From positions 44,307 to 108,306 of the forward strand of contig CAVIAJ010000004.1 in assembly GCA_963640855.1 (NCBI GenBank): 64,000 bases of DNA, written 5' to 3'. This DNA is from Candidatus Methanomethylophilaceae archaeon. Its GTDB lineage: Archaea; Thermoplasmatota; Thermoplasmata; Methanomassiliicoccales; Methanomethylophilaceae. Below the pieces are notes generated by a model. It saw only the letters and a list, made by a program, of their open reading frames with translations, was not told the origin of the DNA and did not search any database. The translations under genes were made by a program, and so were the position numbers. This document shows positions 1 through 10,829 of this stretch, in pieces. How positions within the stretch are numbered: the first letter of the stretch is position 1; the number at the start of each line of letters is the position of its first letter.

Positions 1-825
1 GATGTCGATGTTTCCGTGAGATGTTTCGGTGTGTTCTCATACAAAATCTGCAACCCTATGCTCTTCTATGCAAACGTCTGCGGTAACGTTACGGATACAT
101 ACAAGAGAGACGAACTCGACAGTCAGCTTAAGACAGAGTTCATAGGTGCATTACAGCCCGGTTTCGGTAAACTTTCCGATATGGGTCTCCGTCCGAATCA
201 GATTGTTTCCCACACAACCGAACTTCAGGATGCGATGAACGAAGCTCTTACCGCAAAATGGCAGGAACTCCGCGGATTGGAAATTGTCAGTGTTGCAATC
301 GGATCCGTTACACTTCCGCCGGAAGATGCGGAAATGATCAAGGAAGCCCAGCGCACAGCTATACTCAGAGACCCCGGAATGGCAGGTGCAACCCTTGTAG
401 GTGCACAGGCCGAAGCTCTCAAAGCTGCGGCATCCAACGATGCCGGCGCGATTACCGGACTCATGGGAGTCGGTATGGTCGGCGGACTCGGAGGAGCCAT
501 GGGAATGAATGCAAATCAGTATTACAACATGTCACAGCAGCAGCAACAGCAGCAGATGGCCGCACAGCAGCCTCCTGCGGATGCATGGGCATGTCCCGGA
601 TGCGGAAAGACGGCTACAGGTAAATTCTGTCGGGAATGCGGAACAAAGAAACCCGAAGCACCTGCAGGATGGAAATGCACATGCGGTGCGGAGAACACAG
701 GTAAGTTCTGCAGCAACTGCGGTGCAAAGAAGCCCGAGGCAGCCGTCTGTCCGAAATGCGGTTGGAAATCCGCAGATCCGAACAACCCGCCCAAATTCTG
801 CCCCGACTGCGGAGAACGCTTCTGA
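1..825 (+). CDS. SPFH-domain protein with C-terminal double zinc ribbons (YdjI-like), 5' truncated by window
   Basis: SPFH-like core, Gly/Met-rich linker, poly-Q, repeated W-x-C-xx-CG...KFCxxCG ribbons. Confidence 0.8.
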   Translation, partial: DVDVSVRCFGVFSYKICNPMLFYANVCGNVTDTYKRDELDSQLKTEFIGALQPGFGKLSDMGLRPNQIVSHTTELQDAMNEALTAKWQELRGLEIVSVAIGSVTLPPEDAEMIKEAQRTAILRDPGMAGATLVGAQAEALKAAASNDAGAITGLMGVGMVGGLGGAMGMNANQYYNMSQQQQQQQMAAQQPPADAWACPGCGKTATGKFCRECGTKKPEAPAGWKCTCGAENTGKFCSNCGAKKPEAAVCPKCGWKSADPNNPPKFCPDCGERF

Positions 826-836
826 GGTGAAACCCG

Positions 837-2114
837 ATGGGAGATACCATAGAGCACAAGTGTATCAAGTGCGGCGGATCGCTGAACTTCGATGTCACTT
901 CGCAGAAGGTCAAATGTCCTTACTGCGACGCCGAATACGAAGTATCGGAGCTCATGGCGGATGAAAAAGATCTCGCCAACGAGCTGAAAGACGATATTCA
1001 GATTCAGATGGATGCAGGTACGGAATGGGATGTCGGAGAGGAAAACTCACTGAATGTCTACTGCTGCGAATCATGCGGCGGTGAAGTATATTCGGATGAG
1101 AACACATCCGCAACAATGTGTCCCTACTGCGGAAACGCAGTTATCCTCAAAGGAAGACTCAGCGGTGTGCTGAAACCCGATCTTGTGGTTCCGTTCAAGA
1201 GAACCAGAGACGATGCAATCAATGCACTCAAAGAGAAATGCAAAGGCAACATCCTTGTTTCAAAGAAATTCGTCAGCGAAAACAAGCTGGATGAAATCAA
1301 AGGTCTCTACGCCCCGTTCTGGATTTACAATGCGGATGTCGATGCGGAATTCAGGTTCACCTGTACCAACGAATCAAGGTATTCGAATTCAGACGAGGAA
1401 ATAATCATCACCGACTACTACTCGGTAATGCGTGCGGGTAACATCAGTTACGAGCACGTTCCGGTTGACGGTTCGAAGAAACTTCCCGACGATTTAATGG
1501 AATCGATCGAACCGTTCTATCATGAAGATGCCGTAGATTTCAAAACAGCATATCTCTCGGGATATCTTGCGGATAAATACGATATTGCGCAGGAAGAAGC
1601 CGTTCCCCGTGCATCCGAGCGTATGTCCAATGAAACCGAAGAAGCGTTCAAAGAGACTCTCGATTACGATACAGTGACCACCAGGGAAAGAGGAGTGAAG
1701 ATCTACAACACAACCGCAGACTACATTCTTTATCCTGTCTGGCTCATGAACACCAAGTGGCAGGATAAGACGTTCACATTCGCAATGAACGGACAGACCG
1801 GAAGGATTGTCGGAAATCTCCCGGTTGCCAAAGGAAAGGCAGTCGGACTCGGTGCGTTTGTATTCGCATTGACTGCATTAATCGGATTCTTCGCATTCAA
1901 CGCATTGCTCGGAGATGCCGCGGTGGGAGGAATCATAGGTATCGTAATAGGAATAATCGCCGCCGCCGGTTTCATGTCCTTCCTTATCCGTCAGATTCAC
2001 GATGTCGTTGCCGACAACCGTGCGTCAGCCTACCGTAAAGAAGGCTCGTTTAATGTTACGCGCAGTTCCGACCGTTTCATGTACAGGAACCGCCGCGTAG
2101 TCAAAAAGAACTGA
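837..2114 (+). CDS. Zinc-ribbon membrane protein (YdjG-like)
   Basis: CxxCGG/CPYC motifs x2, PFW, NGQTG motif, two C-terminal TM helices; downstream of SPFH gene. Confidence 0.75.
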   Translation: MGDTIEHKCIKCGGSLNFDVTSQKVKCPYCDAEYEVSELMADEKDLANELKDDIQIQMDAGTEWDVGEENSLNVYCCESCGGEVYSDENTSATMCPYCGNAVILKGRLSGVLKPDLVVPFKRTRDDAINALKEKCKGNILVSKKFVSENKLDEIKGLYAPFWIYNADVDAEFRFTCTNESRYSNSDEEIIITDYYSVMRAGNISYEHVPVDGSKKLPDDLMESIEPFYHEDAVDFKTAYLSGYLADKYDIAQEEAVPRASERMSNETEEAFKETLDYDTVTTRERGVKIYNTTADYILYPVWLMNTKWQDKTFTFAMNGQTGRIVGNLPVAKGKAVGLGAFVFALTALIGFFAFNALLGDAAVGGIIGIVIGIIAAAGFMSFLIRQIHDVVADNRASAYRKEGSFNVTRSSDRFMYRNRRVVKKN

Positions 2115-2121
2115 AACTCTT

Positions 2122-2161
2122 TCGGGAAAGAGGGATTGATTCCCTCTTTCCGACTGTTTTT
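2122..2161 (+). terminator. Hairpin plus T-tract terminator
   Basis: tcgggaaagaggga / tccctctttccga inverted repeat followed by T run. Confidence 0.6.
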
Positions 2162-2241
2162 ATTATAAATGCCGGACTTATAACAGTAAGTCCGAATCTT
2201 ATTAATGATATGTATAAAAACAAGTTTTTGAATGCCTAAAT

Positions 2242-2961
2242 ATGGATGCGTTGAGTGTTAACGATGTCCACAAGACATACGGTGACAGAGAAGCCGTGAA
2301 GGGAGTAACCTTCTCGGTCAAAGAGGGCGAGATTTTCGGTCTCATCGGCCCCAACGGAGCCGGAAAGACGACGACTCTGAGGATGATTTCCACACTCCTC
2401 AGAATCACGTCCGGAGAGATCAAAATCTACGGAAAAGACGTCCGTATCGAACCCAACGAAGTAAGGAAGATGATCAGCTATCTTCCCGAAGATGCAGGTG
2501 CGTACAAAGGACTGACGGGGAGACAGTATCTTGAGTTCATTGCGAACTTCTTCGCCGAAGGGAATGAGAAGGACGAAATGGTAAAGAAAGGTATGGAGAT
2601 AGCCGATCTCGGCGACAGAATCGATTCCAAAGTCGATACCTACAGTAAAGGTATGATGAGAAGACTTCTCATTGCAAGAGCCATTATGCCGAATCCCAAG
2701 TTGGCTATTTTGGATGAAGTCACATCGGGACTCGATGTCGTTAACGCTTACGAAATAAGGGAAATCATAAGAAACATCGCCAAAAACGGTGTTTCCGTGA
2801 TCATTTCATCGCATAATATGTTCGAAGTCGAGATTCTCTGCAGCAGGGTTGCCATGATCAACGACGGAAAAGTCGTTCTCGAAGGTACGCCTGCCGAACT
2901 TAAAGAGAAATACGGTGCGGACAACCTCGAAGAAGTATTCGTAAAGGCGGTGGCGGAATGA
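2242..2961 (+). CDS. ABC transporter ATP-binding protein (NatA-like)
   Basis: GPNGAGKTT Walker A, YSKGM signature, ILDE Walker B. Confidence 0.95.
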   Translation: MDALSVNDVHKTYGDREAVKGVTFSVKEGEIFGLIGPNGAGKTTTLRMISTLLRITSGEIKIYGKDVRIEPNEVRKMISYLPEDAGAYKGLTGRQYLEFIANFFAEGNEKDEMVKKGMEIADLGDRIDSKVDTYSKGMMRRLLIARAIMPNPKLAILDEVTSGLDVVNAYEIREIIRNIAKNGVSVIISSHNMFEVEILCSRVAMINDGKVVLEGTPAELKEKYGADNLEEVFVKAVAE

Positions 2962-4304
2962 ATCACTTATGGAATCTTGTCAGAAAAGAGTTGAGAGAAC
3001 TCCTTACGCCTTCGTCGCTGTTATCCATCGTCGTCGTCGTGATTGTACTTATGTCATTGGGTTCGTTCCTCGGTTCCGAGATAGAAAGTCAGACAGGCAC
3101 ACAGCCGATCGGTTACTACGATCCGAACGGAGCGACGGACGGATACGCCCAGTATTCGATTGACAGATTGTCCGAAAGCTATGATAAAAGCGGATTTGAA
3201 TCTGAGAAATACATAATCAATCTCTCAAAATACATAGAATCCGGAAAAAGTGCGGATGAACAGCTTTACGATGCCATGAATAAAGCAGGCGTGGAATCCG
3301 CATTGGTCTTCGACACCGATTTCAACAGTAATATTGCCGCAATGAAACCCGGTACGATTCATGTTTATTGGATTCAGAACAGCACAAGTATCTTCAGCTC
3401 ACTGAACACGCTTATCGCCACGCAAACGATTGCGAACCTGAACGGATTCATCGGAGAGAGACTCACAACGGAGAAGGGATTGGATCAGAGCCAGATTGAT
3501 ATGATCAAGTCACCTACAACCTACAGCGCATCCACATATCTCAACGGTACGCTCCATGAAGGTGTCACTCCCGATCAGATTTACTCCACAATGAGTAATC
3601 AGACCATGTTCATTCCGATCATCATTATGCTGATTATCGTCATGATCGGAAGTATTGTTATTTCTTCAATCGGTAACGAGAAGGAAAACAAGACAATGGA
3701 GACTCTCCTCACACTCCCTATCAACAGAACAACCATCGTCGGAGGTAAGCTTATAGGAGCATCCATCGCAGGTCTTGTTATGGGTGCGTTATACATTGTC
3801 GGTATGTACTTCTACATCAACGGCATCACATATACCACAACGGCGGGAGTCTCGCTTGATTCGCTGGGTCTTTCTCTCGATATAATGGATTGGATCATTG
3901 TCGTCGTTGTGATGTTCCTTGCAATAATATGCGCACTCGGAATGTGTATGATTTTGGGTGCGTTTGCAAAGAACTACAAAGTGGCGCAGACGTATGTTAT
4001 GCCTATCAGCATTCTTGCACTCATTCCGATGTTTGTCACGATGTTCAGTTCGTATTCCGAACTTCCGACTGCGATTCAGGTCGTTCTCTTTATCATTCCG
4101 TTCACACACCCGATGATGGTTATGCAGAACCTCATGTTCGGACAGACTGCGTTGGTATTGGGCGGAATCGGATACCTTGTTGTGTTCGCAGCTGTGATGA
4201 TTTACATTACGGTAAGGCTGTACAAGTCGGACATTCTCCTTACGGGAATCATTGTAAGTAACAAGACGAAGAATCTGTTCTCCGGAAAGAAATCCAAAGA
4301 ATAA
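2958..4304 (+). CDS. ABC-2 permease (NatB-like)
   Basis: KELRE start, EKENKTMETLLTLP motif, multiple TM helices; overlaps ATPase gene. Confidence 0.9.
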   Translation: MNHLWNLVRKELRELLTPSSLLSIVVVVIVLMSLGSFLGSEIESQTGTQPIGYYDPNGATDGYAQYSIDRLSESYDKSGFESEKYIINLSKYIESGKSADEQLYDAMNKAGVESALVFDTDFNSNIAAMKPGTIHVYWIQNSTSIFSSLNTLIATQTIANLNGFIGERLTTEKGLDQSQIDMIKSPTTYSASTYLNGTLHEGVTPDQIYSTMSNQTMFIPIIIMLIIVMIGSIVISSIGNEKENKTMETLLTLPINRTTIVGGKLIGASIAGLVMGALYIVGMYFYINGITYTTTAGVSLDSLGLSLDIMDWIIVVVVMFLAIICALGMCMILGAFAKNYKVAQTYVMPISILALIPMFVTMFSSYSELPTAIQVVLFIIPFTHPMMVMQNLMFGQTALVLGGIGYLVVFAAVMIYITVRLYKSDILLTGIIVSNKTKNLFSGKKSKE

Positions 4305-4397
4305 ATCCGAGGGGGTTGAATCCCCCCGGTCTTTTTTTTTAATTAAATTAACGGTCGGGGAAGTTTATTCCCGGACCGTTGTTTGATATTTTACGGA

Positions 4398-6527
4398 TCA
4401 GGCGGATGCTGATTCCGTGAATATTACACAGCGGGAAGTTATCAATTGATTCAGAAGGTTCCCGGCGGATTCGATATCTGCCGTTACTTCTTCTGCCGTG
4501 CTGCCCTCGTGCTGTATCTCGATGACGCCTGACTGCGTAAGAACAATCACATCGGTTGTGATTGTTTCCGTGCGGGGAGTGAAATTGTCATCAATCTCGG
4601 TTTCTCCAGCATAGTGATAGGTGCCGCCTTCATCATAAACCGGACTGCTGGCAAAGAGATGTATTGACCTGTTGTTACCGTCAATAAACGTCCTGAAGCT
4701 GAAGTTTGCATTCGACAAACCATACTTTTCACAGAGTTCACTGTTATAATCAGTACCGGGACTCATATCCGCATATGTAGCCAGAGTCATTTCCTGTATT
4801 TGTGCTCCCGGAATCAACAACTGATATTCGGCCCCGTTATTTAGAGAGAAAACAACGCCGTCTTTAACAGTTTCATGAACAAATCCGTTGTCTATTTTGT
4901 CTGTAAACACCATTTCACCGTCATCGATTATTTTCAGTTTTGATACTGAATGGTATTTACCGTCACTCTCGTTCAGTTTAGGTTCGGTGTTCTCTATAGT
5001 GTAACTAACTCCTTCCTATGTGTGTGATTCGTTAAATTGGTTATTGTGATTCTCCTCTTTCTTCTCTTCGACAAGTTCTGCATCGATAACCGAATCGACG
5101 ACTCTGATGTAGTTGTCACCGATAAGAACATTCAAGAACTTCTCGGTCGACTGAATACTCTCCTCCGATTCTTCAAGAGTACTGTAAACATGACGCACCT
5201 CGATTGCGGGCGTCTTCAAAAGTACAATGCCGTTTACAGTCATCGTTTCCATTTTGTAGTCGAAATTGTTATCAACTACAACATTTGGATTTTCCGCATG
5301 ACGGAGATGCATTGTGTTGTTTCCTCCTGTCGGATTGTAAGAGCCATAAATGTGTAATTCGACGGCGTAATACCGTACTTCTCACACAGTTCATTGTAAT
5401 ACACCGTGCCCGGCCTCATATCTCCGTATGTAGTTACTGTCATTCCCTGAAGATACACATCGGGAATGAATGCCTGATATGTCCGATGACCGTTTTTGAC
5501 CCCGTCAATGGGTGTGTTGTATGTCACAACAGTTCCGCCTTCAACAGATTCGCATTTTATTCTCCCGTCCGACAGTCCGGAAAGAAGAACTACCTGTCCG
5601 TCAAAATTTTTGATGTCAACTTCGGTAACTGAATAATACAAACCGTCACCCTCGTTCAGATTGGGCTCGGTACTTGAAACGGAATATGCAATCGGTTTCC
5701 AATTATGCGTTTTATCATCTGAATCGCAGTAATCACTGTATTTCTGTCCCTCATTGATTTCAGTCTCATCAACCAAATCTGCATATGTAACGGAATCTAC
5801 AATCCTGACACTGGTATCAAACATAATGGAGTTTGTAAGATCTTCAACCGATTGAACGCTCTCAAAACATTCTTCCATTGTTTCGATTATGTGCTGTATC
5901 TCTACCGTCGATGTTTTCGAGAGAACAATACCGTTAACTGTCATCGTTTCCATAGGGTAATCGAAATCTTCGTCGATTACCACTTCCCCGGAACCATCAT
6001 TGACACATAGATGAAACACATCTTCTTTGTAATGATATTTTATGAGAAAATCTGCATCGTCCTGAATACCGTACTTCTCATGAAGTTCACGATTAAGATC
6101 TGTGTCTCCATCATATTTAGCATTCGTAGTTACTGTCATCCCCTGGAGGTATGCGCCCGGGAAGAAGGCCTGACAATCCACTGTATCGCCGTCTTCATGC
6201 TGCCGTGTGGAATAAACGATGGTTCCGCCGTCAACAGTTTCACACCTGATGCGACCGTGTCCATATAGGGACGGGATGAGAACCATATTTCCATCCTTAT
6301 TGTGTATTTCCAACTTTGTTACTGGGTAATACAGACCGTCTTCTTCATTCAACATAGGGTCGGCGTGTATATTGGAAAACCTGTATCCCACACCATTATC
6401 CTTCATATGTCATAATAGTGGCTTTGCGAATGCCAGCATCCCAATCTACGTTACCTACGGTGGCAACAGTGGCTGCGGTTCCACCTCCGATAACAATCAT
6501 CACTATGACGGCAGTCAGTATCTTCAT
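4398..6527 (-). pseudogene. Disrupted secreted/surface protein with three ~200-aa internal repeats
   Basis: Signal-like N-terminus from 6527 (MKILTAVIVMIVIGGG); frameshifts near 6400 and 5335; in-frame TAG at 5016-5018; repeats share P.LNE.DG.Y..V / QGMTVTT / EL.EKYG / FDY.METMTVNGIVL. Confidence 0.7.
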
Positions 6528-6613
6528 GCGTGTAACAAGGGACCAGTACTCATTTAAATGTACTGTTCATGCAGACATACCGCCGACAAAACCACTCGGC
6601 GAAGACCGATAAA

Positions 6614-7100
6614 ATGAACGGTAAACTGTCATTCTGAAACGCAGAAAGAAAGGACACTCCTTTGATTCTCCGATTAATAAGAGAACTCGCCGAATATGAA
6701 AAAATGATTGATCAGGTTGTCGCAGATGAAGATACACTTGAGACGTGAATCTTCGACAGACAGAAAGCCGAAGTAATCTTCGCAGGAAGCAGGTTTTACG
6801 CTGTTCTTCCACAACTTCTCTACCTTCCTCGGACGTGCGGGCATCTACCTTGAAGACCTCTGCGTAAAACCGGAATACCGTGGTAGAGGTTACGGAAAAG
6901 CGATTCTGAAGAAATTGGCATCGATTGCCGTCGAACGCGGTTGCGGACGCCTCGAATGGTGGTGTCTCGATTGGAACAAACCGAGTATCGACTTCTACCT
7001 CTCTTTGAGTGCGGAACCCATTCGGATTGGACTGTGTACCGTATTGCGGGAGATACGCTGGGAAACTTACGGAATAAGTACAATCAATTCCGAAAAGTAG
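6614..7100 (+). pseudogene. GNAT (spermidine/diamine N-acetyltransferase-like) pseudogene
   Basis: IRELAEYEK, FFHNFSTFLGRAGIYLEDL, RGRGYGK, RLEWWCLDWN motifs broken by two TGA stops and two frameshifts. Confidence 0.85.
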
Positions 7101-7178
7101 TAAAATATTACTACTATTTGTAATAAAAAATTACTACAATTAATAGTAATTAAATACTGTAATTCTGTACACACCCAT

Positions 7179-8438
7179 ATGAAGGAGTATATTCCGCGCA
7201 TAGCCGACTGCATGCTCGAGAGGATGCTGCACACAACGGGCGCCGTGCACATAACCGGGCCGAAAGGATGCGGTAAGAGCACCACAGGCGCACGTCAGTG
7301 CGGTACGGAGTACCGCCTTCAGGATCCCGAAAATACGTCCCTCAGAATGCTTGCTTCCGCCAAACCTTCCGAACTCTTCAGAAGTAAAACTCCGATACTC
7401 TTGGACGAATGGCAGGAAGTACCTTCATTATGGGGTGCAGTAAGGAACGAAGTAGACATCACCGACACAATGGGTGAATTCATTCTCACTGGCTCTTCCG
7501 TACCGAAAGACGAAGGATTCAGTCATTCGGGAGTAGACAGAATAGCGCCCATGAAAATGAGAACGATGTCACTGTTCGAATCCGGAGATTCGGACGGTTC
7601 CGTGTCATTGAAGAAACTGTTCGACGGAAATCATAATATCTCCGGAATATCCCCGCACACGCTCAGAGATATCGCATTCTTCATCGTAAGAGGCGGATGG
7701 CCGAGAAGTGTATGCATAGACAGAGAATATGCGCAGGATGTAGTGATGAACTACTACAACGCAACAATCGGAATAGATGTGTTCAGAGTGGACGGGAAAA
7801 AGAAGAACACCGAAGCGGTGGACAGACTGATGCGCTCGTACGCAAGAAACATCTCGACGATGGCGACAACGGCATCGATAATAGACGACGTTATATCAAA
7901 TGATAAGTTGGTCACACAGTCCACCGTCGAGAATTATATCGACTCACTGACAAGACTGTACATAATCGAGGATGTACCTGCCTGGTCGCATAACATCAGA
8001 TCAAAGACGGCAATAAGAAACAAACCGAAGAGACATCTTACCGACCCTTCTCTTGCCGCAGCATCCCTGAATATGAATGAGGACAGGCTGATATCCGATA
8101 TGAAGACGTTCGGATTCTTTTTCGAATCTCTGTGCGTGAGAGATCTGAGAGTGTATGCGGATCCGCTGTACGGTAAGGTGAAACACTACCGCGACACCAA
8201 CGATTTGGAAGTGGATCTTATCGTCGAACTCCGTGACGGAAGGTGGGGTGCAATCGAGGTCAAAATGGGTGCCGGAGATGTACCTGAAGCGGAAAACAGT
8301 CTTCTTAAACTGAAAGATACAGTCGTAAACGGTGGAGGAAAAGAACCGTCGTTCATGATGGTTCTGATTTCGTCGGGATACGTTTCGGTTACGGAGAACG
8401 GTGTACTTGCAGTGCCGATAGGGTGTTTGGGGCCGTGA
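7179..8438 (+). CDS. AAA_14 ATPase with C-terminal DUF4143 (PD-(D/E)XK-like) domain
   Basis: GPKGCGKS, LLDEWQ, ILTGS, GGWP, EVDLIV..AIEVK motifs. Confidence 0.9.
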   Translation: MKEYIPRIADCMLERMLHTTGAVHITGPKGCGKSTTGARQCGTEYRLQDPENTSLRMLASAKPSELFRSKTPILLDEWQEVPSLWGAVRNEVDITDTMGEFILTGSSVPKDEGFSHSGVDRIAPMKMRTMSLFESGDSDGSVSLKKLFDGNHNISGISPHTLRDIAFFIVRGGWPRSVCIDREYAQDVVMNYYNATIGIDVFRVDGKKKNTEAVDRLMRSYARNISTMATTASIIDDVISNDKLVTQSTVENYIDSLTRLYIIEDVPAWSHNIRSKTAIRNKPKRHLTDPSLAAASLNMNEDRLISDMKTFGFFFESLCVRDLRVYADPLYGKVKHYRDTNDLEVDLIVELRDGRWGAIEVKMGAGDVPEAENSLLKLKDTVVNGGGKEPSFMMVLISSGYVSVTENGVLAVPIGCLGP

Positions 8439-8469
8439 TGCCGTTTTTCAATCGCAGATGTATTTGAAG

Positions 8470-8635
8470 ACACTGTTTCCGTTCAAACGTGTCCCGATAA
8501 GGTCTGCATCCGAAGATTATGATATTCCCCTGAATTTTGAAGTAATGATTTGTACGTTTTCCCGAAATTTTGAGATGGGAATTATGACGTTTTCCCGTTA
8601 ATTTGAATGAGAGATTGTAAAGAAAGAAAAATTCA
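8470..8635 (-). pseudogene. Relic 5' end and upstream region of another AAA_14/DUF4143 gene
   Basis: Aligns by eye with ~10375-10540: IIFGCRPYRDTFERKQ vs MIFKRRLYQDMLEWKQ, plus shared ACGTTTTCCC repeats. Confidence 0.7.
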
Positions 8636-8682
8636 TTGTGAATGAATATCAATCATTTCTTCTGCGAACCGTTCCTCAGTCA

Positions 8683-8967
8683 TCAATTTCCGGAATTATA
8701 GATCAGGATTTCATCGGCAGTCATGTTTTGACAGAATCTGTCCTCACGCAATGTCCTCCTGCTGACGACATCTACCTTTCCGAATACAGACTCCAATTCT
8801 TCTATGAACGACATGTATTCGAAATAATCCGTAAGTTCACCGGGATCGATAGAGAAATCGTAATCACTGTCTTCTCTATAATCTCCTCTCGATCCGAAGA
8901 GAAAGACCTGTTTCACACAGTATTTCTCCGCAATCGGTGCAACGATATCCGAGATCGAATAATCCAT
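8683..8967 (-). CDS. Minimal nucleotidyltransferase (MNT), possibly degenerate
   Basis: LFGSRGDYREDSDYD and KVDVVS motifs; lacks two residues of the usual GSRARG. Confidence 0.75.
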   Translation of the reverse strand: MDYSISDIVAPIAEKYCVKQVFLFGSRGDYREDSDYDFSIDPGELTDYFEYMSFIEELESVFGKVDVVSRRTLREDRFCQNMTADEILIYNSGN

Positions 8968-9099
8968 GAAATCACATCGCACATTCAATATATCAAATCG
9001 GAGAAAGAGTTGCAGTCCCATCGTATCCGAACCGCAGAATCTTTATTCTGAGATATACGGGGCCGATCATTTTCACATAACTGTTGTTTTCATCTGCCG

Positions 9100-10428
9100 T
9101 CAGATAAATCCCGCCATATATACCGGAAGATACACTATTCCGCCGCTTTCATAGACATCCTTGGTACACAGTACATATGTGACTGCAATATCTGCGTGAT
9201 GTTTCTTTATGAATTCATCAAGTGATTTGTGTGTTTTCTCAGATGAGGATTTCACTTCTATCGGTATGACCTTCAGGCCTTTTGATATCAGGAAATCAAT
9301 TTCGTAATAATGGCCTCTGTCGGGTTTGGGGAATGTATGGTATCTCAGGATATGCCCGGAAGATATCAGTGCCTGAGATACGGCGTTCTCATAGACATAG
9401 CCTAAATTGGCAGGAAGTTTTCCGCTGATAAGCTTCTCATAGATCACATTGTCGGAAAACTGACCGTTGTAGAAACAGAGTGTGACAAAAAGGCCTGTGT
9501 CTTCCAGGAACATTTTGAAGAATGTCATATCCAGATTTTCGGACATACCTAAGCGCGGATCATTGACATGATAGCACAGCTGCACTGTTTTGGAATCACT
9601 CATTTCGGAGAATGCAGTCGCTTCTCTTTTCAGTCTTCCGTTCGGATTGCTTTCGGTTATCCTGTATCTTCTGCTCCCCCTCGACAGTTCTGAAGGTATC
9701 GTACGGAAGTATTCTCCCATCCTTCCGGTAGGATCGATCTTTCTGAAATCGTCATTGTATAATCTAATAATCGACCTCTTTATGCGGTCGATCTCCTGAA
9801 AACTCGAACCTTTCACATAAGCTTCGACTGCCTGCGGCATACCTCCGACCGCGATATATTCTCTGTATTCGCGCATCATCTTCCTGTGTGCTACCTGCCC
9901 CAACGGTTCCCTGTGTTCGAAATTATATCTGAGCAGACGGAATGTATCATTGCCTTTGGCCCAGAGAAACTCTTCAAAATCAAGAGGATGAAGCTCTATA
10001 TGTTCTTCTTCGCTCGGTATTACGATATCTTTCACATTCTTCTTTATCGATATCAGCGAACCTGTCTCTATGATGTCGTAACGTCCGTCCTTTACTAGAT
10101 GTTTGACAGCTTCTCTGGCTCTGCTGAAGTTCTGGACCTCGTCGAATATTATGGCCGTATCTCTTTCTGCGAACTCTTTATCGGTGTAATACTGCAGTCC
10201 GCGGTATAGTCTGTCAATATCGGACAGATCGGTAAAAAGATCATTAATATCCCTGTCCGAAACTGAGAAATCGATACGCACCCAGACCTTGTATTCATTT
10301 GCAGCGAATGTTTCTGCTATGGTAGTCTTCCCGACTCTTCTGGCGCCCTCTATCATCAATGCCGTACTGCCGTTGGAACGCTGTTTCCACTCCAACATGT
10401 CCTGGTAGAGTCTGCGTTTGAAGATCAT
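9100..10428 (-). CDS. AAA_14 ATPase with DUF4143 domain
   Basis: GARRVGKT, IFDEVQ, ETGS, GGMP, YEIDFL..PIEVKS. Confidence 0.9.
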   Translation of the reverse strand: MIFKRRLYQDMLEWKQRSNGSTALMIEGARRVGKTTIAETFAANEYKVWVRIDFSVSDRDINDLFTDLSDIDRLYRGLQYYTDKEFAERDTAIIFDEVQNFSRAREAVKHLVKDGRYDIIETGSLISIKKNVKDIVIPSEEEHIELHPLDFEEFLWAKGNDTFRLLRYNFEHREPLGQVAHRKMMREYREYIAVGGMPQAVEAYVKGSSFQEIDRIKRSIIRLYNDDFRKIDPTGRMGEYFRTIPSELSRGSRRYRITESNPNGRLKREATAFSEMSDSKTVQLCYHVNDPRLGMSENLDMTFFKMFLEDTGLFVTLCFYNGQFSDNVIYEKLISGKLPANLGYVYENAVSQALISSGHILRYHTFPKPDRGHYYEIDFLISKGLKVIPIEVKSSSEKTHKSLDEFIKKHHADIAVTYVLCTKDVYESGGIVYLPVYMAGFI

Positions 10429-10747
10429 AATATCCCCCAATTTTTAATGTAATAAAATGTACGTTTTCCCGATATTTTAAGATGATTGAAATAACGTTTT
10501 CCCACTAATTTATATGACCGAAATTTTACAGAAAGAACAACCCGTTATGATTGGATTTCGATTATCTCTTCTTCTGTGAACTGTTCCCCGCCGGGATTCT
10601 GCCTCGAACGTACTTCATTTGTTTTCTGTTACAAATCCACGAAATAATGCCATCCGTACGGAAGTGATGCACCCTGTATGATATGCCGACCGCAAAGGAG
10701 AAATGGCAAGCCGTATGGACAAGAATCATTTACAAATTTAAGAGAAG

Positions 10748-10770
10748 AGTGGTGGCCCCATTGTGATTTG
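10748..10770 (-). repeat. att site, duplicated tRNA-Ile 3' end
   Basis: 22/23 identity to 14458-14480. Confidence 0.9.
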
Positions 10771-10829
10771 TGTATACAATTGTAAACACAAATGCAAACC
10801 ATAAATACAGACATTATATTGCCACGAAT

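Noticed and set aside
535..570. CAG/CAA repeat
   Set aside because: Encodes a short poly-Q linker within the SPFH protein; ordinary low-complexity sequence.
10560..10747. Split SSV-type integrase fragment beside the att site
   Set aside because: No ORF with tyrosine-recombinase motifs was recognisable on either side of the att repeats.
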